From Lytechinus pictus (lineage: Eukaryota), in contig NC_087249.1 in assembly GCF_037042905.1 (NCBI RefSeq), forward strand, positions 51,026,001-51,090,000: a stretch of 64,000 nt of DNA, read 5' to 3'. The position numbers and the translations under genes are program-made. The notes under the pieces were generated by a model. That model did not search any database, was not told the origin of the DNA, and saw nothing but the letters and a program-made list of their open reading frames with translations. This document shows, in pieces, positions 40,421-52,626 of the stretch (its first letter is position 1; every line of letters starts with the position of its first letter).

Positions 40421-41005
40421 CACCCTGCTGGAAAGAACAGTGTGACAGTGTGTGTGTTCACAGTGTCAAAGAGTGTGTTTAATGTCACAGAATGTGTTAA
40501 CAATCTCACACAGTGTGCTCACAGTGTGTTTCCCTGTGTCAAAGAGCACTCAGTGTCACAGTGTTCCCCCTAACACAGTGTGTTTGGTGTCACAGAGTGT
40601 GTTCACAATGTGACAGTGTGCTCAGTGTCAGTGTGTTCAGTGTCACAGAATGTGTTCATAGTATGAGTGCGCTCAGTGTCACACAGTGTGTTCAGTGTCA
40701 GAGAGTGTGTTCACAGTGTGACAGTGTGCGCAGTATCAGTGTGTTCAGTGTCACATAGTGTATTCTCAGACAGTGTTACAGAGTGTATTCACAGTGTGAC
40801 ACAGTGTGCTCACATGGTGGTTTCTGTGAAGATGTGATTAGCACATAATGCTTGAAAGACACGTCCGCCCCATGGACACTACATTTTGAATGTTCATCAT
40901 GTTCATGAAATGTTCAAAATGCTCAAATATAACGTGTGATGATTATTTCACACTGTGAACACACTATTGGACACGGTGAACACACTGTATTCTTTCCAGC
41001 ACTGT
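40421..41005. mobile_element. TIR element filled with a cacagtgtgtt-type minisatellite
   Basis: Ends ctgctggaaagaa / ttctttccagca; tandem cacagtgt variants over 40440-40810 and inverted copies near 40950-40990. Confidence 0.7.
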
Positions 41006-43390
41006 ATTACCAAGTAGACCTCCATGTACATTTAAGTATAGATCAGAATATCATGTGGTAATTAATTAAGTACTGTAGGCTACTGTATGTTCGATCGACC
41101 CTGTTCACTAACAAAATCAATTACTGAGCTAATTACTACCATCGTTAATGGACTAATTACCATTTACCTATCATGATGCATTTACAATTAACAGAATTAC
41201 ACGAAGACCTACAGCTGATATAATCAAAACACCATCTACATATAGGCCAGTTCCTCAATTTACATGTAAATTGTTAACAACATGCATAATTTTCTGCAGT
41301 CTTTGGATTCTTTCAAATCTGCTTGCATACCCCCAGTCCCCCACCCAACATCTATCAATTGTCCCATCTCATTTCCTCTCCCTTCCTCTCTCCCACAACC
41401 CTCCCCCCTCCCCACCAAACTCGGACTCTTTCTTTCTTTCTCTTCCCCTCTCCTCGATTTCCTGTTGAATTTTCCTTTTCTTTCCAACATGGGGCAAGAA
41501 GACTGATATGGAATAAAATAAATGTATAATTCAAGAAATTGATCATTCAAAGGAAGGTGTCTTAAATCATTCATCGATGGCACACAATGTTCACATGCAC
41601 GCCAAAATGTTTCTCAATAGTCTAAATTCACATCATCCATGCAATCTACACAAGCCCTGCATGAGTCACTGCTTGCATATAATGAAGTGATTTAAGAATA
41701 TTGCTTTCCGGATGTCCACATTAGAACATTCCCTCGCACTTTCCAAAACAGTTATGAACTCTTCAACTCCACACAACAAAATTTCAACAAAATTTGGAGC
41801 AATAATCATCTCAGGAACTGAATCAGAAATAAGCTATGATTGTTTTGATTTAAGATGTGCCAGCATTTAAATAGAATCCATGATGCAAAAGGCATGAGAG
41901 GGCAGAGAAGGGAAATACCGTTAGAAATGGGACAAAATGCTTAGGTCCAGATCTAAACCTATAGAGACACTGGTGAGACAAAACTAGATCTGATTTTGAA
42001 GAGGGGAAAAAGATTGCTACACTTGAAAGAATAATTTACAGCTTTTTAGGAAAGTGACATATTTATTACTAATTACCTCTTTTGGACTTTCATACAGTTC
42101 CTATAGTATACTTTTATCAAAAACACTTTTTGGAATAAAATACCTCTTTTAGACTTACATACCCCTACATTTTTAATACAAACTACAAGGTTCCAATAGT
42201 ACAGCTAGAATAATACCAGATTTCAAGAACACAAGTGAGAGATATGCAGTGACGCAGAGAGATGGGGTAGGGGGCCTCCAGTGTTTTTCAAGAAAAACTG
42301 ATAGGACTAGTCCTCGGCCTCTTGAAATGTGATTTATGAACAAAGGTTTAACTTTGAAGATGTAGATTTGTATACATTTTAGGCTTACTATAGTACGATT
42401 GGAGGGGCACTGGTAGGCCCACGGTATCACAGACTTTCTCACAAAAGCATTTATTTGTCTGAAAAAAGACATTGACAAGGAGACAATCTTCTTCTCACTT
42501 TCCCTTGTTTTCATACCATCTAAACTTTTCACCTCTTAAGTTTTCAAACCACTAAAGAATTGGGTGGGCCATTCAGAGGTTTTCTTTGTCCGTTTTATTG
42601 ATCCATCTTGTGTCCCTTACAGCATTCAACAATACCCTACATCAAAGGATATGTGGAAGGAGACACAGTCAGTTGATTGCTAATGAAGCCCTCCGGACAA
42701 ACAGAAGCAAATAAGATAATGAGAAATGCTGGAAGAAACTTTCCACTTCTGTGATCTTTTTGACTGCTGAGTTCTGTAGTTCCCACAGGTTTTGTATCTA
42801 CAGGGACCACCAGGTTTCTATGTACCGGTAGGCAATATGCTGCAATGGATTTATATTGTTCATTTTTTTCATGAAAAGGTTTTTTTCATGGAGATATCTC
42901 CATGATTCTATCCATCAATGCAACATACTACATTATATTTATAAGCCTAATGTCCAGGGATGTTTGATATAGTCTCCATGGTGTACATGTATTGTAAGCC
43001 TTCATGGTGTCACCTACATGTAGGCCTAGTATTGAATTTGTAAATGTAAATGTCAATCCATATTTTATTGTTCCAAATGGAAATAAAAAATAGAAATCCT
43101 CTGAAAATTCATTTTTCCCAATTGGGCCCGGCAGCCACTCAGCAGCTCCGGATTGACATTGCTCTAACCAGTGAATCGTTGGAACACCAAACAGGGTAGC
43201 AGCAACACCCATCTTTTAACATCTTTTCACAGCATGAAAACATGCTATTACATCTGGAATATTAAAAAAAACCATTTATTTAATCCGATTCCAAACGATT
43301 AGAATTCATATTGCAAACTGGCATAATTCACACATGCTTCCTGGAGTTCGAAGGTTTTTTTAAACTGGAAGGTTGAATATCCTGACTTAA

Positions 43391-43791
43391 AGATAAATGC
43401 CAGTTGTGGTAACGATCTCAAAATGACTTTTTACAGAATCCAAAATAATGACCACCCAAGTGTCTGTTTGTATGAATAAAAAATATGTGCCAAAGGATTC
43501 TGGGAGAAATTGTGTAATTGCTGAGAAATAAGCAAAATAAGCAAAATAAGCGCGGATTCGAGCACTTCCGTCGGGTCTTTATTCCAGCAATAATAATATA
43601 CACTGTCCCACGTGTGCCTATCTGTGTGATATCAGAGGGATCGTTTTTCAGCTTAGATTTTATGATTTCACAAATTTCAGTTTATGTACCTGTACCAGAT
43701 CTAGATCCATGATGATATAGTAATACTTAACCTTGGTTTTACAGACTTTCTCACGAAATCAGTGTTTTACTGCAACTACTTTCATTTAGCT
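43391..43791. mobile_element. TTAA-targeting (Kolobok-like) non-autonomous element, copy 1
   Basis: TTAA|AG...CT|TTAA; similar along its full length to 57952-58346. Confidence 0.85.
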
Positions 43792-44139
43792 TTAAGTCGA
43801 TCAACTCCATCAAACAGCACACCAAGACTTCAAATGTAAACTACCTTGGGAAACCTGAGGTGAGGGGTGAGGAAGGGGGCAAGGAAGGGGGATAAGGTGT
43901 GCACAAACAGAGGAGTCACCTAACTGTAGAATAAACAAATAACATCCCAGACAATTGAATGAGGCAGACATAACAATCCCAGTACATATGGGTCTGCTAC
44001 ATTGAGCAGGGCCACAGAAAGAAAGAAGCAATTTCTACACTAGAATGTGATTTATGATCAAAATCAATTTCATTTGATTGTAAAGTTTCATGAGACAAGG
44101 CCCCTATATACATATGACTTGCATAGGCCTATCAATTAA

Positions 44140-44721
44140 AGGAGAATGAAACTCTTGGAGCAAGTTAGCTTTTGTGAAAGCAGAAAAATCAAAGAATAAG
44201 ATCAACAAAAGTTTGAGTAAAATAGGACTAGCAAAGAAGAGTTATGAGCATTTGAATGTCAAGATCACTAATGCTATGGAGATCCTCCCATTGGCAATGC
44301 AACCAAGATCTATGATGTCACAGATCACAACTCTCCCCTTTTGGACACTGAAAATATACCCCAAAACATCTCTTTTTGCTCATTCTAATCATATGACAAA
44401 CGATTCATCAATGATATAATGTTGTGAAACCTCTGTACTTGTCCTCTCATAAAGAGAACACCTCACCTTGTGATAGACTCTATAAAAGTGAGAATATAAG
44501 TGAAATAAATACTAAAGTAATGAGGGAGTTGTACGTGTGTGACATCACAGATATTGGTCGCATTGTCAATGGGAGGATCTACATGGCATTAGTGATCTCA
44601 ATATTCAAATGCTCATAACTTTCTTATTATTCATTCAATCTTCCTCAAACTTTCAACAATATGTTTCTTTGATTTTTCTCTTTGATATGGATTCAGCTGG
44701 TTTCAAGGGTTTCATTCTCCT
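44140..44721. mobile_element. TTAA-targeting (Kolobok-like) MITE with long imperfect TIRs
   Basis: TTAA|aggagaatgaaac ... gtttcattctcct|TTAA; extended inverted similarity (gagatcctcccattg / caatgggaggatct). Confidence 0.85.
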
Positions 44722-46678
44722 TTAAGATACAAGTAGGTAACACATAGGCCTATATACCTGTTGAACAGAGGATTGCATTTCCAAATTAGGGAAAACACAA
44801 TGTCTAACCTCGAGTCTACCCCAATTAGTAAATGGTCAATAAATATATTTGGTGGTAGCAAATTGAAGGTCTGGTTAAGGTGGAACTTGAAGTAAATGGA
44901 TGTAGGATCCCAAAATACAGCAATTTCATTTATTTACAACTATTAAATAGAATATTGGGGCAAATTATAGTTTGGAAACAAGATTAATTTCCGTTAGGTT
45001 ATCTCCTGGTTGTGTATTTTTGCAGAGTCAAGTATTTGGGGGTGGAAGGACATTCTGTCCTCATCATCAATGTCATCCATGATCCATTATCCTTTTCGGA
45101 TGATGGTGTCTCCCATTATAGAGCATGTCTGCCCTTTGTTCAAATACAAAATAAGCAAAGAAATGAGTCAACAGCATCTCACACTCACACTTCACCTGAT
45201 CATGCATAACATATCCCTTTAAGATTAAAAGATTTAGCATAAAATAAGGGAAAGGAATGACACTCTTTCTCAGGCAATAAATCTACCTTTTCTTCAAGGA
45301 TTAATCAACTCGGCCCAATCAACAGATCTCAATGGAAACACTTAGGACTGGTTTTAGAAAATTTCTATTTCAGTAAGGTGAATCAGAATGACAAAAAGCT
45401 TGAAGAGGGATTAGGAAGCTAATTTTAGATTAACATGCACAAAGGGCATACCTTCCAGCCATGCATTAATTTCAGTAGCAAGAAATTTCTCTACATTCAC
45501 ATTAAATTCAAGGAGGGGAGAAAGGAATGAATATACTGCCAAAGTGTAGAATAGACTATAGGAGGTCAAACTTCTGTGACAGAAAGATAAAAAACATCGC
45601 CTATATTATCATGTAGGTCCTAGGTGTTTTATACTCACCAAATCACAAAAGTAACTAATTTATTTCAATGTAAATCATAGTAATAAGGACCTACAATGTA
45701 TTTACCTAAAAGGTACTTTAAAAAACTATGAAGACTTTAGGAGTTTTTGCAGGGAATTCTCAGAGCTTGCAAGCATATTTGTATTGTGAAAGCAAATTGC
45801 GAGAATTTTTAATGTGACACAATGGCAAGGACTCCAAGGAGAATTCATAAATTTGTATTGATGTAAGAGTCTTGTTGCTTGCTCATGATTTTAAGTACAT
45901 TTGGTTCTGGTGTGAATGCACTAAATGAATCATGTAGGCCTACATGTATTCCGAAGCATGAATAAATTTTTGTAAACTACAAGCATTTGAGAGAATCAGC
46001 TCGGTGTGAAGGCATCTATAGATTCATGGAGGGAAAAAAATGCATGAATGATTTGTCTGTGAGTGACAATAAAAAGTTATTACTTACATGTATGATGGTG
46101 TTTGTATTTTTCTCAAGGAATTTATACTCAGTTCTATCAGTTTTAATAGGTGTTTGTATTTTTTTGCAAGGAATTTATACTCAAAGTCCACCAAAAACCA
46201 ATTGACCAGTAGAATATCGCCTCATAGATGGCCTGCATGGAATGTAGGCCTACATTAAAGCAAACAACCTCCTCGCGTCCTACGGCTGCACATGTAATTA
46301 GCATTCTCCGCACCTACATGATCATTAGCAGTGGTAGAAAACAGCACTGATGACGCAAGAGGTGTCGGTTTCCCTTGGCAGAAATAATGAGGGATGGAAT
46401 TTAATTAAATCACGCCCAATATCGATTGATAGCGATCCGCGGGAGCGGAGGAAGATGACAATTAAATATTTTCTTTGTCTGGATGGTGACATAATGAAGG
46501 CATAATTACTTTGCAATGGCATATTTTCTACAATAATATTGCAACAATGGTTTGTGATATTGGTAGTTCCTATTCTCACCTAAATACAGTAATGTAATAT
46601 TTCTGCTTCAATGCGATCCAACCGTTAAAATAAATGTAATGATTTATTCTAAAAATTCTGGATGGATGAATACATGCA

Positions 46679-47324
46679 CAGTTGAGGCCAAAAGTTTACA
46701 TCCATGGAATTCAGTGAAATTTGTTCGCTTGCCAAACATTGTAAAATGTACTATTTTCAGAAATATAAATACTAACATGACGAATTTGGTATCAAATGAA
46801 AGAGCGTATTAAGCTCTTTCACATGATTGGGATGCTGCTAGAATTAAAGAATATTTCAGATTTTTAGGTGAAATTTTCTTTGAAGAAAAAATGTAATATT
46901 CATGCCAAACATATTATATTGTTTATTATATTTCAAACATTGTTTCATAGAAATATATAAATGTGAAATATATGATTTATGTTACATTTTCTATCATGAT
47001 ATGTCACCACTGAACAAAAAAGTGTAATCTGAAATGTTTGTGTTGAGAAGTAACTAGCACAAATATAAAATGTTTTTGTCAAGTTTTTATTTTTAATTTG
47101 TCTAAAATATGAAGATTTGGGTGGGGGGGAAATGACACCTAAATATTTTTCAGCTCCGATGACAAAGCAGTGTGATGAAGGGGTATGACATACTCGTTTG
47201 TTCGATATCAAATTCGTCATGATAGCACAAATATTATATAAGATACAGTAAATTTTATGATGTTTGGCAAGTGTCGACTTTTCTTTGAATTTCCTGGGTG
47301 TATGTAATCTTCTGGCCTCAACTG
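46679..47324. mobile_element. Tc1/mariner-like non-autonomous element
   Basis: TIR cagttgaggccaaaagtttacat / atgtaatcttctggcctcaactg, TA on the right flank (CA on the left), inner inverted repeat catgacgaatttg.tatc. Confidence 0.8.
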
Positions 47325-47906
47325 TATCTTGGAGGAAGTCGATTCCTTATTGAAATAGAAATAAATCAATGAATATCTCACTCTTTTTCCTTTTACTACA
47401 AAGTATTCTGCTCTTTATACACTTTTTCACATTTCCCAGCTCCTCCAATATATCCATGGAGCTATAGCTCCATGATATATCGCAGGATATCAACCAAGTA
47501 GCATTCTCTACTGCATTAACATAGCATGGCTTGCAAACTGATAACACTGTAAACTATTAACATGCTGTTTAAAAGTTTGAGAAAAGCTGCCACTTTTAGA
47601 CAATCATTGTTAGAGTGACAGGCTTAAACAGCATTGCTTAATTTTTTTTACAGTGTAAAATAAGGCTATGTCGTGTATGGCAAATATTCAAATAAAAAAA
47701 GACTTCACTCCAATCAAATGTAATGACAAGATGAGATGGAAAAGGCATATATTTTGTTTGCAAATGCTCAAGGTCTCAGTAGTTGAATAAGAAATAGAAA
47801 TAGTACTGGTGGTCAAAATAAATAATTTACTTCAATTCTCTTTTTCTTGATAAAGAATTACTTTCATCAAATAGGAGAACAAAGAGCACACAATCAATTG
47901 GTCTAA

Positions 47907-48325
47907 AGGCTACCGCACACCTTACGATTGGTCTGCGACTCAATTTTGCATTATACGTATTACGTAGTAGAATTTGATGCTAATATTGAGACTTGGAATA
48001 TCTTACTGTGTAATGTTCGAAATCATCTTACAAATACCTATGTTCAAATCTGTGACTGTGCTACATGTATCATCCTTCTTAGAATAAAAGCAAATTTAAT
48101 ATCTAGTCGTAATGACGTCATAGCAGTCGTACGATTGGCTACGATTTGAAACTAATTTGGGCTTTACTCCAAAATAAAGGCTTGCAATCTTTCAAAATGG
48201 TTATATTAGTATTCTTTCAATTAATTTTAACCTCAAATAAAATGATATGCTCCATTCACATTTTCAGAAAATGAGCAAAATGCGATTTGTTCCAAAATCG
48301 GATCGCGTAAGGTGTGCGGTGGCCT
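47907..48325. mobile_element. PIF/Harbinger-like MITE
   Basis: TIR aggc(t/c)accgcacaccttacg, TAA TSD on both sides. Confidence 0.85.
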
Positions 48326-51300
48326 TAACCTATACCTCCCTTGCTTCCAATGTTTATAACTTGATTACATTGATTGGGTCCTTTGTAAATAAATCAATAA
48401 TGAAATATATCTAGATTTAGACAATGAACTTGGGAAAAGTGCATTCAGCACATACATGTAAGGCCTCGACAAACTCCATAACCTCGCAATAAATTCAACT
48501 TTGGTGAGTTCTTGAGATTAGGTCTCTCCTGTCATGTAATGCAATATTCAATCTATTGAAAGAATTAATGAGCGAGGCACAATATCTACAATATGTCAGC
48601 CTGTTACGCACACAGAGACCCATCCCATTACTCGTACAAACATCGCCGACGATAGATTCCGAGCTCAGTGACCAAAATTTTAGCCTTCCTGCAAAGGATA
48701 TTTCAGCTCTGGTTTTATATTAATTTTTCACTATTATTCTTTCCTACTGATATCTACCTTTTAGATATTTTCAAAATATATTTTACTGAAAATAATTATC
48801 TTCATTCTTTTGCATCATTCATCTTTTGCTTTTCTTTTACTTCAATCGATTTTTTTCATATTTACTGCATCAATATTTCTAAATCAACAAACCGATAAGC
48901 TAAATAAAAAAATATATACAGTAGTTGATCTTCACCCATTTTTTCTTCTCCTCAGTTAGTTGGACTAAACCCATATGGTCATAATGGTCTAATCCAACTA
49001 TCTAAGAAGTAGACTCACTGCTTGTAGACCAACACCAACAGTAGTGGACAGTTACCCATCCCCCCTTCAGTGTACGCGTCCCTCCATCAAACCTCTTGCT
49101 ATGCCTCTTTAGACATTATTACCATTGGTCACTAATGAGGGAGAGTGGGGAGGGGTAATTTCAATCAATTTTCTCATTTAGTCAAAGCACACCAGGGGGC
49201 CCAAAGATCAAAATTACAATCAAAACAGAGACCATTGCATTGTTGGCAAAAAAATGGTTGCCTAGGAGAACATCTCCGCCAAAATACCCACAAAGACTTG
49301 CCTCAATTACTATTCAATCTGAAGTATTAGAGCAAATGGGGTAAATGAAAGCAAATCAGAGAGGTTTGGAAAATTCAGTAGAGCAATCAGGCATTGTTTA
49401 TTGCTAAATGAAGTACATATGTACAGCAACTTCCCAGATATTCCCAATTTGGTGATATGCACAGAAAATCAAAACATAAGTGATCTAATTTACTGGTCCT
49501 CAAACAGTATGGTATAGTACGAGCATTTTTGGGAAAAATAAACATCTGAAATAAAAGGCGTAATGGTCTTTGTTCATCAAAGCATGGTGGTATAACAAAC
49601 AAGGCAAGTATCTGCAATTTATCATAGGAATTTGTAGATTAGATTCGATTCTCAAGCAAGAAACTGAATCAACCAGGTTCTGAATACTGACTGTTTTATT
49701 CAATTTAAAGAAGTACCGCTGTACCGGTAATAACTGAACAGAAAGATATACAATGAAAGTTCAAGTAAAGCTATATATGCAGAAAATAAATTTCATGAGA
49801 AAAGAATATTAGGAATAGGATAATAGTGCTTAGAAAATAGAAACATAGCCTTCCTACCAGCGCAGAAAAACATTTCAGAAGTAAAAACAAATGCATGGTC
49901 GATATATTTAATTCCAAAAGACCTGCAATCTCACAGGCCATTCGACAGAGAGACTGAGAGTGTAGTTGTGATTTATCAGACTCCATTCTTGAAGAGAGAT
50001 TTAAACTAGGTCAGGTCCACACAAAAATGATTTAACTAAATTAAATAGAGAAAAATCACACAAGTGCAATACTATTTTTTAATCAAGTCAAATTATGTAG
50101 GATCATGCAAAGTAATTGAATTAAAAAATTGCTTATTCTCGCATATTTATGCAGTGTGCACAACAAAGATGATAAGCAATGAACACGCCAATTATGCACA
50201 AACTTACTCTTTCTTTTATATTTCTTCATTGAAATTTTGAATTTCATATTTTTGTAATATTAAAATGTTAGATCCTACATAAAAGCTTCAAACAGACTTT
50301 GATCAGCTTCTTGTTTGGGAGAGTGTGAGCAAAACCCTGCCATGAGAAACTATTGAAATGTGACACAAGATTCTCTACATTCCTTTCTAGTAGTGGGATC
50401 CATGGTGAAATTTAAAAAAGTCTGAGAAGAGAAAGATTCTATGCAGAAAGTTACTGCAAAGACAAGGACAGAGCAAAGCAGAGGGGAGCGACAGCATCAT
50501 ATTCAAAGAAAGAGAGCATGATAGAAAGGGAAAGATAATGAGAAAGGGGGCAATGCAAAATACCAATAATTACATCATGAGATTAAAAATTGCCAGACTA
50601 GATAAATCAAATTATCCCATGTTAGAATTTCTGCCAAATTCCTTTCTGAAAATAACTGGTCTATTCTAGTTCTAGTACTTTTTTTTTTAGGATTTGAACT
50701 AAGATTCAATGACAGTATTGAGATAAGTATTCTAGTATATAATGCTATCAGAAGATCTGATCAAAGATTGTGGTTCAAAACTTCAAATCAAAAGTAATTA
50801 AAATCTCAAGTTGATACAGACCTCAAACCATAACAGATTGCAAATTCTCTTATCAACAAATGTATCAAATAGAATAATCTGCAAATGAGTTCAATTGAGT
50901 TTTCAGATTTGAATTGGTATTACATCGAATGTCAGTGATTCACCGAGCCGTGTCTGGACCATTCTTCCCAGGACAATAAAGAGCTTGATAGAATTCAACT
51001 CAAATTTGTAACATTACGCTGACTACTGGACTCCTTGTAGATTCCAGCATAATAGGCCCAGGGACCATTTCAATTGCTCCGTGTAAATCATCATGTCAAG
51101 TCACCGAAGTCAAAGGCATCATTCCTTCTTTTAACTGTCTCCTGAGCGAGCGTGGGAAAAATTATTTCTACTCTTGGAAGGGAGTAGGGACAAAACCAAA
51201 CAAGATCATAACTCCAATTCTGACAGGAAATCACACAATTGTCAGTTTCCTTCTATTTTTATTCATTTCCCCCCTCTTTATTCCCCTTCATGTAGTGCAG

Positions 51301-51637
51301 ACAAGCACCATCACCGAGAGTACTGTCAGTTGCATCATGTAATTTGAACAACAAGCAGTTTCCTGTATCCCATAGAAGTTTTATTGGCTACTAGTACTGG
51401 GATTCTAGAAGTAAATGAGGGTAGCCAGATGTTCAGACTTTCATCTCTCATCAGACATACAGCATAAAATGTGCATAATCATTTTTGTATCCTCACCCGA
51501 ATGTCTGAGAAAGTACAATGGCTCAGTGGTCGAAGAGCTTTGAAATATAAGGGCTGGGTTTCAAATCAAAATTGATTGGCCTCTTAAATTCAGCAAAGAT
51601 TACTCATTTAATACAAGGAAACCCTTAGTGATTTAGT

Positions 51638-51792
51638 CAGGGTCTCATATCATAAAAATTACTACCATGGCAACTTTGGCATCCAATGGTAATGGTAACA
51701 ATGTTCAACAGCCAATAACAATGAAAGATTTCATGGAAGTTACCATTGGATAGCAAAGTTACCAAGACAGTGACTTCCATGCAATGGGGTCA
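51638..51792. mobile_element. Degenerate palindromic MITE
   Basis: ggcaactttggcatccaatggtaa / ttaccattggatagcaaagttacc inverted arms. Confidence 0.55.
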
Positions 51793-52626
51793 ATGTCTTC
51801 TCAATATTTCAAGCTTCTTTGGAGCAAACCAGCAAACCAATTTCATGTTAATCAAAACTGTGTTTGTAAACGCAATATTTTGAAGGAAACTTATCACATA
51901 CATGTATGAACAATTTTTCCTAATAGATTTCTGGTTACTTTCTAGTACTGTATACAAATTGTAATCTCAGTTTCTTTTTTAGCTCAAACAGTGCAGTTTC
52001 CACTACATTTCCTTTAGTCTGAATGGGCTACAGCAGTATGATTGGTTGTGGCAGATGGGCATACCACACCCTATCAGGTCAGCAGCAGCCGTATACAGGT
52101 GGTAAGGACATAAACGTGACCAATAACTTGACCTTATAAGATGTAACTGATCTCAAAGAGCAGACAGGGCGTTCTTGAGGGATTACAAAGGAGTCAAGGT
52201 TCTTGTTACCACCATACAGTCGGTCATAGGACCAATGGTTGTCGAGGGGAGCGTTTCGTGTCGGGGCAACTTGCCAGTGATTTTCATTGAATATTCTGTA
52301 CTGAACCAATTAGATGCAAGGATCTCAGTTGCTCACATTGTCAGTGAAAATTTCTGGCTATTGAGTTTCATCAAATGCTCTCTAGGTCAAATTGGGTCAG
52401 GACAATTTGAGAGGAATAATTCTGATTCAGACAGTACAAATAGTACCAACAATTAAACCAGGTTAAAAATGTAGAGGCTGATATTTATCAACAGATAACA
52501 CTGGTTCAGGAAGATGTTGGTGGTTTGGCAGAAATAAATCAATATTATGTCTGCATTTTGGACACCCATTTTGTTGATAATAAAAATGATAATGCAAATG
52601 ATAAAAAATAACAAACTAACTCACCA

